Part shown: piece by piece, positions 20,687 through 29,806 of the stretch
Layout of the letters: each line of letters opens with the position of its first letter
Position numbering within the stretch: the first letter of the stretch is position 1
Assembly (NCBI GenBank): GCA_963754305.1
Contig: CAVWFR010000011.1
Location: 88,710-152,709 of the forward strand
Direction: 5' to 3'
Length of the DNA stretch: 64,000 nucleotides
Origin: an uncultured beta proteobacterium
GTDB taxonomy: Bacteria; Pseudomonadota; Gammaproteobacteria; Burkholderiales; SG8-39
Translations under genes and position numbers: made by a program
The notes under the pieces: model-generated
Seen by the model: only the letters and a program-made list of their open reading frames with translations
Told to the model about the DNA's origin: nothing
The model's database searches: none

Positions 20687-21430
20687 CCGATCCTCGTCGC
20701 AACCGGCGTCAACCGGAGCTTCGGCGCCGTGGTTGCGGCCGCCGACGTCAACGTAGCGGTCGAGACGGAGTCGGTCGTGGGACTGATCGGCGCGAACGGC
20801 GCCGGCAAGACCACCTTCATCAACATGGTCACCGGCTATCTCAAGCCCTCCTCCGGGTCGATCCGCTGCGACGGCCACGAGCTGACCGCGCTCGCGCCGC
20901 GCCGCGTCACGCAGCTCGGGGTGTCGCGGTCGTTCCAGATTCCGCAGCTCTTCAACACCCTGAGCACGCGCGAGAACCTGCTCGCCGCGGTCGGCATCGT
21001 CGCCGCCGCGGCCCACGCCTGGGCGCACTCGGATCTCGCGCCGCAGCGCTCGGGCGCCGCCACCGACGAGATGCTCGAGCGGTTCGGGCTCGCGCCGTAT
21101 CGCGACCGTCCGGCAGGCTTGCTGCCCGAGGGCGTGCGCAAGCTCCTCGACGTGGCGATGGCGCTGGTCGTGAAGCCGCGTCTCCTGCTGCTCGACGAGC
21201 CCACGAGCGGCGTGTCCGCCGACGAGAAGTTCGCGATCATGGACCTGGTGATGGGCGCGGTGCGCGGCGTGACCGTGCTCTTCGTCGAGCACGACATGGA
21301 CATCGTGGGACGTTACGCGCGGCGCGTGCTCGCGTTCGCCGACGGACGGATCATCGCCGACGGCGAGCCGGCGGCCGTGCTGCGCGACCCCGAGGTGCGC
21401 CGTTACGTGATCGGGGAAGCGCATGCTTAG
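20681..21430 (+). CDS. ABC transporter ATP-binding protein (LivG-like)
   Basis: 249 aa from ATG 20681. Walker A GANGAGKTT, Walker B LLLLDEPTSG. The signature region is divergent (LPEGVRKLL). Confidence 0.9.
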   Translation: MSPILVATGVNRSFGAVVAAADVNVAVETESVVGLIGANGAGKTTFINMVTGYLKPSSGSIRCDGHELTALAPRRVTQLGVSRSFQIPQLFNTLSTRENLLAAVGIVAAAAHAWAHSDLAPQRSGAATDEMLERFGLAPYRDRPAGLLPEGVRKLLDVAMALVVKPRLLLLDEPTSGVSADEKFAIMDLVMGAVRGVTVLFVEHDMDIVGRYARRVLAFADGRIIADGEPAAVLRDPEVRRYVIGEAHA

Positions 21431-22067
21431 GGTGGACGCACTCTCGGTCGCGATCGGCTCGGTGGGCATTCTGCGCAGCGTGAGCCTCGAGGTCGCGAGC
21501 GGCGAGTTCGCCGGCCTCATCGGCCGCAACGGCGCGGGAAAGACCACGCTGATGCGCACGATCATGGGGTTGCTCCCGTTCCGCGACGGCGCGGTCGAGT
21601 TCGACGGCACGCCGCTCGGCCGCCTGCCCAGCCACCGCCGCGTGTCGCTGGGCATCGGCTACATGCCCGAGGACCGGCGGCTGGTGCCGGGCCTCTCGGT
21701 CGAGGAGAACGTGCTGCTCCCGGCATGGTCGGCGCGCTTGCCCGACGCTGCCGAGCGGCTCGAGCGCGTCTACGAAGCGATTCCCGAGGTGCGCGTGTTC
21801 CGCGACCGCAAGGCGTTGCAGCTTTCGGGCGGCCAGCAGAAGCTGGTCGCGCTCGCGCGCGCGCTCGTTCCGGGCACGAAACTCCTGCTGCTCGACGAGC
21901 CGTTCGAGGGTGTCGCGCCGGTGCTCGCGCGTCGGCTCGCCGAGGTGATCGCCGGGCTCCGGCGGGAAGGGCGCTCGGTCATCCTCTCCGAGTCGAGCCT
22001 CACGCACGCGACGGGTCTGCTCGACCGGGTGTTCGCGATCGACCGCGGCGCGATCGTCGGCAGATGA
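21423..22067 (+). CDS. ABC transporter ATP-binding protein (LivF-like)
   Basis: 214 aa. GRNGAGKTT, LSGGQQKLVALARAL, LLLLDEPFEG. Overlaps the previous gene by 8 nt. Confidence 0.9.
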   Translation: MLRVDALSVAIGSVGILRSVSLEVASGEFAGLIGRNGAGKTTLMRTIMGLLPFRDGAVEFDGTPLGRLPSHRRVSLGIGYMPEDRRLVPGLSVEENVLLPAWSARLPDAAERLERVYEAIPEVRVFRDRKALQLSGGQQKLVALARALVPGTKLLLLDEPFEGVAPVLARRLAEVIAGLRREGRSVILSESSLTHATGLLDRVFAIDRGAIVGR

Positions 22068-22272
22068 GGTGCGAGACGGGCTGCCGCGCGGCTCGAGCCG
22101 CTTGGCCCGCGGTCGGAATCGGTCGGTTGTGGTATGAGCGATCGGGCGCTTGAATCCGCGCTTCTCGCGCGGGCGGCCCGGGAGGAGGTCGTATTCGGCA
22201 CCGATCTCGCGCCAGCGACCGACACCCGTTCGTCCGCACCGTAGTGAACCCTGCAACAAAAAGGAGGAAGAC

Positions 22273-23535
22273 ATGAATCCCGCGCTGTGGCTTCACCATC
22301 TCCAGCACATGCCGCTCAGCCGTCGCGAGGCGTTCGGGCTGGCCGCGAAGGCCGGTGCGGCCGGCGTCGTCGCCACACTCGGTGGCAACGCCCTGGCCCG
22401 TGACGACGACGATGACCGGGGCGGGCCGCCGCACCGTCCGCAGGGCCGGCGCCGGTTCAACGACGATGTCTTCGACTACGCCGACCCGGCGAACCTCGCG
22501 GCGTGGGTCCCCGGTCCGTACGGTGCCAGGGACCAGCGCGGCAGCTTCAACGAGGTCACGAAGGACAAGACCGCCCACGCGCTGCGCGGGACGCTCGATC
22601 ACGGCCGCGCGGTCAAGACCTATAACCTGGGCGAGCTGATGTTCAACGGCTTCCCGGCGTTCGCGACCACCCCGCCGCGGGGATACCAGCAACGCGCCAC
22701 CGTCACCGGCTACCAGCCGCCGGCCGATTTCACCGCGGGCGGTGGATTCATCACGAACGTCAACGGCCTTGGCACGAACAGGCTGAGCATCCACGAGGAG
22801 CGGTTCCCGCCCGACCCGGGCGCGCCTGCCGGCCTAACCTATCAGATCGGGACGCAGCTCGACAACTTGAATCACATCGGCGCGGGCGAGTTCTTCTACA
22901 ACGGATTCCGCGGGCCTGACATTCTCGAGAGCTTCGGCACGACGAAGCTCGGCAACGAGCACATGGGGCCGATCGTCACGCGCGGGATCCTGCTCGACGT
23001 CCTCGGCGTCAAGGTCGCGCGGAAGGAGTACAGCGCGCTCGGCGCCCCGGCGCTCAACGGCAAGCCGGTGCTCCTCGACAACTATCGCATCACCATCGAC
23101 GACATCTTCGAGGCGATGGAGTTCGGCCGCATCCGGTCGATCCAGCCCGGCGACGCGGTGGTGATCCGAACCGGCTGGAACCAGCTGCTGCAAAAGCGCG
23201 ATCCAGGCGAGATCGCGCGCTGGGGTGCGAGCACCGGTCTGCCCGGGATTTGGCTTCGTGAAGCGAGGTTCCTCGCCTCGTTCCGGCCCTCGGTCATCGC
23301 GAGCGACACCTGGGCGCTCGAGGTGCTCGGACGGCCGGAGATCACCGGCACGAGCGCCTTCGCCGCGCACCAGGAGCTGATCATGCGGCACGGCATCCGC
23401 ATCGGCGAGTCGGTCGTCTCGGATGCCCTGGCCAAGGACCGCGTCTACGAGTTCGTGTACATCGTGACACCGCAATTCGCAGAAGGCGCGACCTGCGGCA
23501 GTACGCCGCCGGCCGCCCTCGGTCAGCCGCGTTAA
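22273..23535 (+). CDS. Tat-signal cyclase-family (kynurenine formamidase-like, PF04199-type) protein
   Basis: 420 aa from ATG 22273, preceded by AAAAGGAGGAAG. Twin-arginine motif LSRREAFGLAA. Cyclase-family block YQIGTQLDNLNH and a C-terminal ...VVIRTGW... block. Confidence 0.75.
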   Translation: MNPALWLHHLQHMPLSRREAFGLAAKAGAAGVVATLGGNALARDDDDDRGGPPHRPQGRRRFNDDVFDYADPANLAAWVPGPYGARDQRGSFNEVTKDKTAHALRGTLDHGRAVKTYNLGELMFNGFPAFATTPPRGYQQRATVTGYQPPADFTAGGGFITNVNGLGTNRLSIHEERFPPDPGAPAGLTYQIGTQLDNLNHIGAGEFFYNGFRGPDILESFGTTKLGNEHMGPIVTRGILLDVLGVKVARKEYSALGAPALNGKPVLLDNYRITIDDIFEAMEFGRIRSIQPGDAVVIRTGWNQLLQKRDPGEIARWGASTGLPGIWLREARFLASFRPSVIASDTWALEVLGRPEITGTSAFAAHQELIMRHGIRIGESVVSDALAKDRVYEFVYIVTPQFAEGATCGSTPPAALGQPR

Positions 23536-23544
23536 GGGTAGTTC

Positions 23545-23575
23545 GGCGCCGGGCCCGCGTTCGCCGGGCCCGGCG
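23545..23575. terminator. 12-bp GC hairpin between convergent genes
   Basis: gcgccgggcccg-cgttcgc-cgggcccggcgc lies between the stop at 23535 (+) and the stop at 23639 (-). No U-tract. Confidence 0.4.
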
Positions 23576-23638
23576 CGCTTCGCCGCCACCCCGCGAGCAG
23601 CCCGACGCGCTATCCGTGTTCGACTCGAGACCGCTGCC

Positions 23639-24307
23639 TTACCACTCGTACTTGTACCCCACGCCGTACACCGAGTGCACGATCTCGCGGTCGGGGAGCA
23701 CCTCGGCGATCTTCTTCCTCAGCTTCTTCACATGGCTGTCGACGGTGCGGTCGGAGACGATGCGGGCGTCGCGGTACATCGCGTCCATCAGCCGGTCGCG
23801 CGAAAAGATGCGGCCCGGCTGCGCGACGAGGGTCTGAAGCAGCTTGAACTCGACCGCGGTCAGCTCGACGTCGCGTCCGGCAACGGTCGCCTTCAAACCG
23901 GCCTCGTCGAGCGCGACTCTGGTCTCCTGGGGGGCGCTCCGCGCTTTCGCGCGCCGCAGCACCGCCTTCACCCGCGCCACGACCTCGCGCGGACTGAACG
24001 GCTTGCAGATGTAGTCGTCGGCGCCGAGCTCCAGGCCGAGCAGGCGGTCGATCTCCTCGACGCGCGCGGTCACCATGACGATCGCCGCGTCGGAGAACGA
24101 GCGCAGGCCTCGGCAGACATCGAGCCCGCTCTTGCCCGGCAGCATGAGGTCGAGCAGCACGAGGTCGACCGGATGGTCGCGCACCCAGGCCTCGACGACA
24201 TCGCCACGGTCCAGGACATCGGTCTCGTAGCCGTCGCGCACGAGATAGTCGCGCACGAGCTCGGCGAGCTTCGGCTCGTCCTCGACGATGAGAATGCGGT
24301 CAGGCAT
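23639..24307 (-). CDS. OmpR-family response regulator (BaeR-like)
   Basis: 222 aa from ATG 24307, which overlaps the kinase stop by 8 nt. ILIVEDEP, LLDLMLPG, and a winged-helix C-terminus ...VHSVYGVGYKYEW. Confidence 0.9.
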   Translation of the reverse strand: MPDRILIVEDEPKLAELVRDYLVRDGYETDVLDRGDVVEAWVRDHPVDLVLLDLMLPGKSGLDVCRGLRSFSDAAIVMVTARVEEIDRLLGLELGADDYICKPFSPREVVARVKAVLRRAKARSAPQETRVALDEAGLKATVAGRDVELTAVEFKLLQTLVAQPGRIFSRDRLMDAMYRDARIVSDRTVDSHVKKLRKKIAEVLPDREIVHSVYGVGYKYEW

Positions 24308-25769
24308 GCGTGCCACCGGCGCGCGCCGCGGGCAGCGCGAGCTCGAGCCACAGGCCGCCGAGCGAGCTCGCGCGCGCCGCGAGCGTGCCGCCGTGCGCCT
24401 CCACGATCGCCTTGACGATCGCGAGACCGAGCCCGGAGCCGCCGCCGGCGCGGCTCCGCGAAGCCTCCACGCGGAACAGGCGATCGGTCAGGCGCGGGAG
24501 GTCCTCGGGCGGGACGCCCGGGCTCGAGTCCTGCCAGTCGAGCACGACGCGATCGCCCGCGCGCCGCACCGCGACGGCGAGGCGGCCCGGCGCATCGGTG
24601 TAGCGCAACGTGTTCTGCAGGAGATTGCCGAACACCTGCGCGAGCCGCGTCTCGTCGGCGAGCGCGATCGCCCCCGGCTCGAGCGCGAGCTCGACGGCGA
24701 GGCCCTTCTCGTCGAGCGCCCGCCGCTGCATCGCCACCGCCTCGCCGGCGAGCTCGGCGACGTCGAGCGGTTCCTTGCGGTAGCTGAGCGCGCCGAGATC
24801 GGCCAGCGACAGCGTGTGCAGGTCCTCCACCAGCCGACCGAGGTGCGCGACCTCCTGCGCGAGCGAGGCGAGGCTCGCGGCGTCGAGCGAGCGCACGCCG
24901 TCCTGCAGCGCCTCGATCTCGCCGCGCAGCACCGCGAGCGGCGTGCGCAGCTCGTGGGCGATGTCGGCGATCGACTGGCTGCGCGCGCGCCGCGTCGCGG
25001 CGAGCGTCGCGGCCAGCGAGTTGAAGTCGCCGGCGAGGCGGTCGAGCTCGTCGCGGCCGGCGACCGGTAGCCGTACGTCGTAATCGCCCCGCATCAGCGC
25101 CTCGGTGCCGCTCGCGAGCGCGCGCACGCGCCGCGTGAGCCAGTGCGCGAGCCCCGCCCCGAGGAGGAGCGCGGCGCCGAGCATGCCGAGGCCGATCGCC
25201 GCGAACCGCCAGTGCTGCTGCGCACTCACCATGCGCTCGAGCGAAGCGATCCGCTCGAGCCGCGGCACCGCGCCGAGATAGCCGACCGTTGCGCCCTGCC
25301 TCTCGATCGGCTGCAGCGCCGCCTTGTCGGCCAGCTCGGGCGCGCCGGCGACGAGCTTCCGCTCGACGTCGAACAGCATCAACCGCGGGTCGACGGTGAG
25401 CGGGAGCTCCCGCGGTTGAGCCGGCGACGGGGGCTGGGTGCCATCCGTCGGCTCGCGCGGTTGGCCCGGCAACGGCGCCAGGGTGCCATCTGCCGCCGGC
25501 GGACGCGGCGGCAGCCCCAGGGCCTCGCGGCGAAGCGCCGACCAGCGGTCGCGATCGGCGCCGAGCGACGCCCAGCCGCCTTCGCGACCGTACAGCTCTC
25601 CGAGCGACGCGGCGAACGCGTCGAGCCGGGCCTGGTCCGACCGCGCGAGCGTCTCGGCGAGGCCGCGATCGAAGCTCGCGGCGAACACGAGGTAGGCGAT
25701 CGCCGCCAGGAGTGCGTTCGCCCCGGCGATGGCGAGGAAGAGCTTGACCTGGAGCCGGTCGAGGGCCAT
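24300..25769 (-). CDS. Sensor histidine kinase (BaeS-like)
   Basis: 489 aa with 2 TM segments and a HAMP domain. H-box IADIAHELRTPL, N-box FGNLLQNTLRYT, G-boxes DSSPGVPPE and GGSGLGLAIV. Confidence 0.9.
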   Translation of the reverse strand: MALDRLQVKLFLAIAGANALLAAIAYLVFAASFDRGLAETLARSDQARLDAFAASLGELYGREGGWASLGADRDRWSALRREALGLPPRPPAADGTLAPLPGQPREPTDGTQPPSPAQPRELPLTVDPRLMLFDVERKLVAGAPELADKAALQPIERQGATVGYLGAVPRLERIASLERMVSAQQHWRFAAIGLGMLGAALLLGAGLAHWLTRRVRALASGTEALMRGDYDVRLPVAGRDELDRLAGDFNSLAATLAATRRARSQSIADIAHELRTPLAVLRGEIEALQDGVRSLDAASLASLAQEVAHLGRLVEDLHTLSLADLGALSYRKEPLDVAELAGEAVAMQRRALDEKGLAVELALEPGAIALADETRLAQVFGNLLQNTLRYTDAPGRLAVAVRRAGDRVVLDWQDSSPGVPPEDLPRLTDRLFRVEASRSRAGGGSGLGLAIVKAIVEAHGGTLAARASSLGGLWLELALPAARAGGTHA

Positions 25770-25860
25770 GGGCGTAGCCTACTAGCGAAAGGCGCAAGCT
25801 TTGTGCACGCCGCATCCGCTTGTGGCACCCTCCCCGCCTCGGTCAGCAGGAACCACCGCG

Positions 25861-26829
25861 ATGAAAAAACTAGCCGTTCTCGCCGCCGGTCTCGCCCTTG
25901 CCGCCGCCTCGGGGCTCGCGCTCGCGCAGGCCTGGCCGACCAAGCCGGTCCGCATCATGGTCGGCGCCTCGCCCGGCGGCGGCACCGACATCATCGCCCG
26001 CATGCTGTCCGAGAAGTACCAGGCGGTCTTCGGCCAGCCGTTCATCGTCGAGAACCGGCCCGGGGCGTCCAACACGATCGCAACCGACCTCGTCGCCAAG
26101 GCGCCGCCCGACGGCTACACGATGGTGGTCGCGACCAACACCGCGCAGTCGATCGCGCCCCATCTGCTGAAGCTGCCGTACGACCCGTTCAAGGACATCG
26201 CGCCGGTCGCGCTGATCGTGGTGGTGCCGAACGTGCTGGTCGTCAACACCGATGTGAAGGCTACGAACGTGAAAGAGCTGGTCGCGCTGATCAAGGCGAA
26301 CCCGGACAAGTACTCGTACGGCTCTTCCGGTACCGGCAGCACGCAGCATCTCGCCGGCGAGGCGTTCGCGCACGAGCTGGGCCTCAAGCTGACGCACGTG
26401 CCGTACAAGGGCTCCAGCCAGGCGCTCGCCGATCTCGTCGGCGGGCAGATCCAGCTCAATTTCGACACCACCTCTTCGGCGATGGGCCATATCAAAGGCG
26501 GCAAGGCCCGGCCGCTGGCGGTGATGACGCCGAAGCGCTCGCCGCAGCTGCCGGACGTCCCGACCCTCGCCGAGTCGGGGGTGCCGAACGTCGAGATGAG
26601 CACCTGGTACGGACTGTTCATCACCGCCGGAACGCCGGCCGCCGTCATCGAACGGCTGCACGCGGAGACGATGAAGATCCTGAAGCTCGCCGACGTGCAG
26701 AAGCGGCTCGACAGCCTCGCCGGCGAGCCGGGCAACATGAGCCCGGCGCAGCTCGGCGCGATGAACAAGGCCGAGTTCGACCGGTTCGGCAAGCTGATCC
26801 GCGACGCCAAGATCACCATCCAGCAATGA
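25861..26829 (+). CDS. Bug-family (TctC-like) substrate-binding protein
   Basis: 322 aa from ATG 25861 with a signal peptide. WPTKPVRIMVGASPGGGTDIIAR, ENRPGASNTIA, YGSSGTGSTQHLAGE, VPYKGSSQA. Confidence 0.9.
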   Translation: MKKLAVLAAGLALAAASGLALAQAWPTKPVRIMVGASPGGGTDIIARMLSEKYQAVFGQPFIVENRPGASNTIATDLVAKAPPDGYTMVVATNTAQSIAPHLLKLPYDPFKDIAPVALIVVVPNVLVVNTDVKATNVKELVALIKANPDKYSYGSSGTGSTQHLAGEAFAHELGLKLTHVPYKGSSQALADLVGGQIQLNFDTTSSAMGHIKGGKARPLAVMTPKRSPQLPDVPTLAESGVPNVEMSTWYGLFITAGTPAAVIERLHAETMKILKLADVQKRLDSLAGEPGNMSPAQLGAMNKAEFDRFGKLIRDAKITIQQ

Positions 26830-27821
26830 CGCCCCGGATCGCTCTCTTCATCGGCGACCCGGCGGGGGTCGGGCCGGAGCTCGTCGCGCGGCTGCTCGCC
26901 GAGCCCGAAACGACGGTGCGGGCGGAGGTGCTGCTGATCGCGAGCGGCGCGAGCATGGAAGCGGGCATGCGCGCCGCGGGAACGCGCTACGCCCCCAGCG
27001 AAGGCGGGAATCCGGCGCTCGTCCACTGGCGCGGACAGGACGCGCCGCCGTTTCCGATGGGCAAAGCGGCCGCCGACAACGGCGGCTTCATGCTCGAAGG
27101 CCTGATGGCGGGTGTCGCGCTCGTGCGAGGCGGCATGGCGGACGCGCTGTGCTTCGCGCCCCTCAACAAGGGCGCGCTGCGCGCGGGCGGCATGAACCAC
27201 CCCGACGAGATGCACTGGTTCGCGGAGGTGCTCGCGTGGACCGGTCCCTGCGTCGAGCTGAACGTGCTCGGCGGGCTGTGGACCTCGCGCATCACCTCGC
27301 ACGTGCCGCTGAAGGACGTCGCCGGCATGCTGACCGTCGACGGCGTCGCCGAGGGAGTCGGCCTGCTGTATCGCGCACTCCAGAGCGCGGGCATCGGCGC
27401 ACCGAAGCTCGCGGTGTGCGCGCTCAACCCGCACGCCGGCGACGGCGGCAACTTCGGGCGCGAGGAGATCGAGATCATCGAGCCGGGCGTGCGCAGCGCG
27501 CGCGAGCGCGGGTGGCCGGCCGACGGGCCGTTTCCCGCGGACACCATCTTCGTGCGCGCGAAGGACGGCGGCTACGACGGGATCGTCACGATGTATCACG
27601 ACCAGGGCCAGATCGCGATGAAGCTGATGGGCTTCGAGCGCGGCGTGACGGTGCAGGGCGGGTTGCCGATCCCCATTACGACCCCGGCGCACGGCACGGC
27701 CTACGACATCGCCGGTCAGGGCAAGGCGAACGTCGGCGCGATGCGCAACGCCTTCCTGCTCGCCTGCGAGATGGGCTCGTCGCACCGGGCAAAGGCACGG
27801 CAGCGGGGGACCGCGGCGTGA
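26826..27821 (+). CDS. PdxA-family NAD-dependent 4-hydroxy-acid-phosphate dehydrogenase
   Basis: 331 aa. ATG overlaps the Bug stop (ATGA). ALNPHAGDGGNFGREE, MYHDQGQIAMK, TTPAHGTAYDIAGQGKAN. Confidence 0.9.
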   Translation: MTPRIALFIGDPAGVGPELVARLLAEPETTVRAEVLLIASGASMEAGMRAAGTRYAPSEGGNPALVHWRGQDAPPFPMGKAAADNGGFMLEGLMAGVALVRGGMADALCFAPLNKGALRAGGMNHPDEMHWFAEVLAWTGPCVELNVLGGLWTSRITSHVPLKDVAGMLTVDGVAEGVGLLYRALQSAGIGAPKLAVCALNPHAGDGGNFGREEIEIIEPGVRSARERGWPADGPFPADTIFVRAKDGGYDGIVTMYHDQGQIAMKLMGFERGVTVQGGLPIPITTPAHGTAYDIAGQGKANVGAMRNAFLLACEMGSSHRAKARQRGTAA

Positions 27822-27884
27822 GTGCGCCGGGGCGCCTCAAGCGACCCCCCGAGTGCGGCACGAGCGGAGGGTAGTCCAGTGAGC
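27819..27884 (+). repeat. Intercistronic spacer element, copy B
   Basis: TGAGTGCGCCGGGGCGCCTCAAGCGACCCCCCGAGTGCGGCACGAGCGGAGGGTAGTCCAGTGAGC. Same position (stop to start) and same length class as copy A at 20620-20686. Confidence 0.7.
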
Positions 27885-28715
27885 GAGCAGATCCTGGAGG
27901 ACATCGTCGTCAAGCCGGGCGAGCCGTGGGGCCGGCGCATCGCGAAGGGCGAGCGCATCCGGATCGTGGACCTCGAGGGCAAGCAGGCGGTCGATTTCCT
28001 CTGTTACGACGCGGCCAACCCACGCGACCGGTACAACGCGGCCAACACGATCAAGCTCGGTGCCAACGTCTACATCGGCAAAGGCTCGCAGCTCGTTTCC
28101 GACGAAGCGAACACGCTCTTCACGGTGATCGAGGACACCTGCGGCAAGCATGACACCATCGGCGGGTGCTGCAGCGCGCCGATGAACGTGCTCCGCTACG
28201 GCAAGCCGGGGCCGGCGAACTGCCGCGAGACGTTCATCCGCGCGCTCGCGCCCTTCGGCCTCGGCGCCGGCGACGTCGTCGCGAACGCCAACTTCTTCAT
28301 GTACGTGCCGGTAGCGCCGGATGGGCAGACCGCGATCGCGGAGGGGCTCTCGAAACCCGGCGACTACGTGGTGCTCGAAGCAGCGCGCGATGCGATCGCC
28401 GTGGTCTCCAACTGCCACCAGCAGTTCAACCCCTGCAACGGGTTCAATCCGACGCCGGTCCGCATCACGGTCTACGCCGGTCCGCTGAGCCGCGTCCTTT
28501 TTCGGCTAGCCGCAGCTGAAATCCGCTTCGCGGAAATCCATCTCACGTCCCGACTCGAGCACGGTCTTCAGGGCCGAGAGGATCGCCGGCCAGCCGCGGC
28601 TTACGCCTTCCAGCACCTTGCTGCCCTCGTCGAAGTCGTCGTGGGTCATCGTCAGCTTCACCGCCTTGCCGCGCGGCTCGATCGCGAACGTGACCCGCGA
28701 CGGCCGTTCGGCTGA
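27879..28715 (+). CDS. DUF1989 (urea-carboxylase-associated-like) family protein; 3' end uncertain
   Basis: GTG 27879 has GGAGGG 7 nt upstream. The family-like body runs up to ...NPCNGFNPTPVRITVY (about 28480). The remaining 75 or so codons are antisense to the SRPBCC remnant and look non-native. Confidence 0.6.
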   Translation: MSEQILEDIVVKPGEPWGRRIAKGERIRIVDLEGKQAVDFLCYDAANPRDRYNAANTIKLGANVYIGKGSQLVSDEANTLFTVIEDTCGKHDTIGGCCSAPMNVLRYGKPGPANCRETFIRALAPFGLGAGDVVANANFFMYVPVAPDGQTAIAEGLSKPGDYVVLEAARDAIAVVSNCHQQFNPCNGFNPTPVRITVYAGPLSRVLFRLAAAEIRFAEIHLTSRLEHGLQGREDRRPAAAYAFQHLAALVEVVVGHRQLHRLAARLDRERDPRRPFG

Positions 28716-28808
28716 CCCGCCCTCGTCGACGTGCGACGAGAACGTGTACGCGAGCCGCCACGGCGGATCGCATTCGAGCACCGGGTAGCCGGTCCGGACC
28801 CTGTCCAT
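28506..28808 (-). pseudogene. SRPBCC (Aha1/START-like) domain remnant lacking its N-terminal third
   Basis: 100 codons: ...GYPVLECDPPWRLAYTFSS...SRVTFAIEPRGKAVKLTMTHDDF...GWPAILSALKTVLE. The expected N-terminal 45 or so aa have no room, because the LysR stop is at 28838. Confidence 0.45.
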
Positions 28809-28837
28809 GAACACTTCGGAGAGCCGATGCACCGGCC

Positions 28838-29707
28838 TCAATGCCGTCTCCGCTGCGCGAAGTAAGCGGCCGCCGCCTGCGTCAGCCGCTCGCGCAACAG
28901 CGCGAAGCCGGCGAGCTGGCTGATCGTCTTCCTGGTGAGCAGCGCCACGCGCCGCTCGACGGCGGGCAGCTCGCGATACGACCGGCGATCCAGCGCCATC
29001 TCCAGCGCGAGCCCCAGCGGCACCAGGCCGTTGCCGAAGCCGGCCTTCACCATCTGCACGGTCGCGGCGAACGACTCCACCGCGGTGAGCCGGCCGCGCA
29101 GGAGCTGCGGATGGTGGGCGCGGAGGAGCGGCTCCACCGCGCGCCACGTCGCCGAGCCCGGCTCGATGGAGATGAGCGGCAGCCGCGCGTCGAACCTTCC
29201 GCCGAGCCCGGCGTTGACGAGGACCAGGGGCTCGTCGACGACCGGATGACGAACCAGGTCCTTCGCGCCCGGCGCGTCGGTGCACAGGCCGATGTGATAG
29301 CGGCCGAGCCGCACGCTCTCGACCAGCAGCACGCTGCGGTGGGCGTGAAGGTCGAGGCTTATGCCGCTAGCGCCGCGCAGCGCCTCGCTGACCACCCCCG
29401 GCCCCCAGGACGACGCGATCGAATCGGCGAGCGCGAGCGAGAAGCTCGCGCTCGGGCGGGTCGCGATAGGCTGCGTCAGCCCCCTCAGCTCGGCTACCAG
29501 CGGCCGCGCGCGCTCGAGCAGGTTGATCGCCCCCGGCGTGAGCCGCACCCTGCGCCCATCCGGCTCGACCAGGGCGAACCCCACGGCGTCCTGCAGCGAC
29601 CGGATCCGCTTGCTGACCGCCGACTGGGTGAGCCGCAGCCGCGTCGCCGCCTCGGTCACGGTGCCGAACTGGTCCAGCGCGATCAGCGCGTCGATGCCGC
29701 CCCACAT
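28838..29707 (-). CDS. LysR-family transcriptional regulator
   Basis: 289 aa from ATG 29707. HTH motif FGTVTEAATRLRLTQSAVSKRIRSLQ. Divergent from the aconitase gene. Confidence 0.85.
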   Translation of the reverse strand: MWGGIDALIALDQFGTVTEAATRLRLTQSAVSKRIRSLQDAVGFALVEPDGRRVRLTPGAINLLERARPLVAELRGLTQPIATRPSASFSLALADSIASSWGPGVVSEALRGASGISLDLHAHRSVLLVESVRLGRYHIGLCTDAPGAKDLVRHPVVDEPLVLVNAGLGGRFDARLPLISIEPGSATWRAVEPLLRAHHPQLLRGRLTAVESFAATVQMVKAGFGNGLVPLGLALEMALDRRSYRELPAVERRVALLTRKTISQLAGFALLRERLTQAAAAYFAQRRRH

Positions 29708-29722
29708 ATTCCAGCCCCGACT

Positions 29723-29742
29723 GAATTCTATTTCAATTATTC
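29723..29742. promoter_or_regulatory. AT-rich dyad GAAT-N12-ATTC in the LysR/aconitase divergent promoter region
   Basis: gaattctatttcaattattc lies within the only AT-rich stretch here (29705-29775). It is compatible with a LysR-type T-N11-A box. Confidence 0.35.
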
Positions 29743-29806
29743 GCTTTTTTCTTGATTTGCGGGCATCGATACTTCTCGGCACGACGACACCCGGAGGGCC
29801 CGACCG

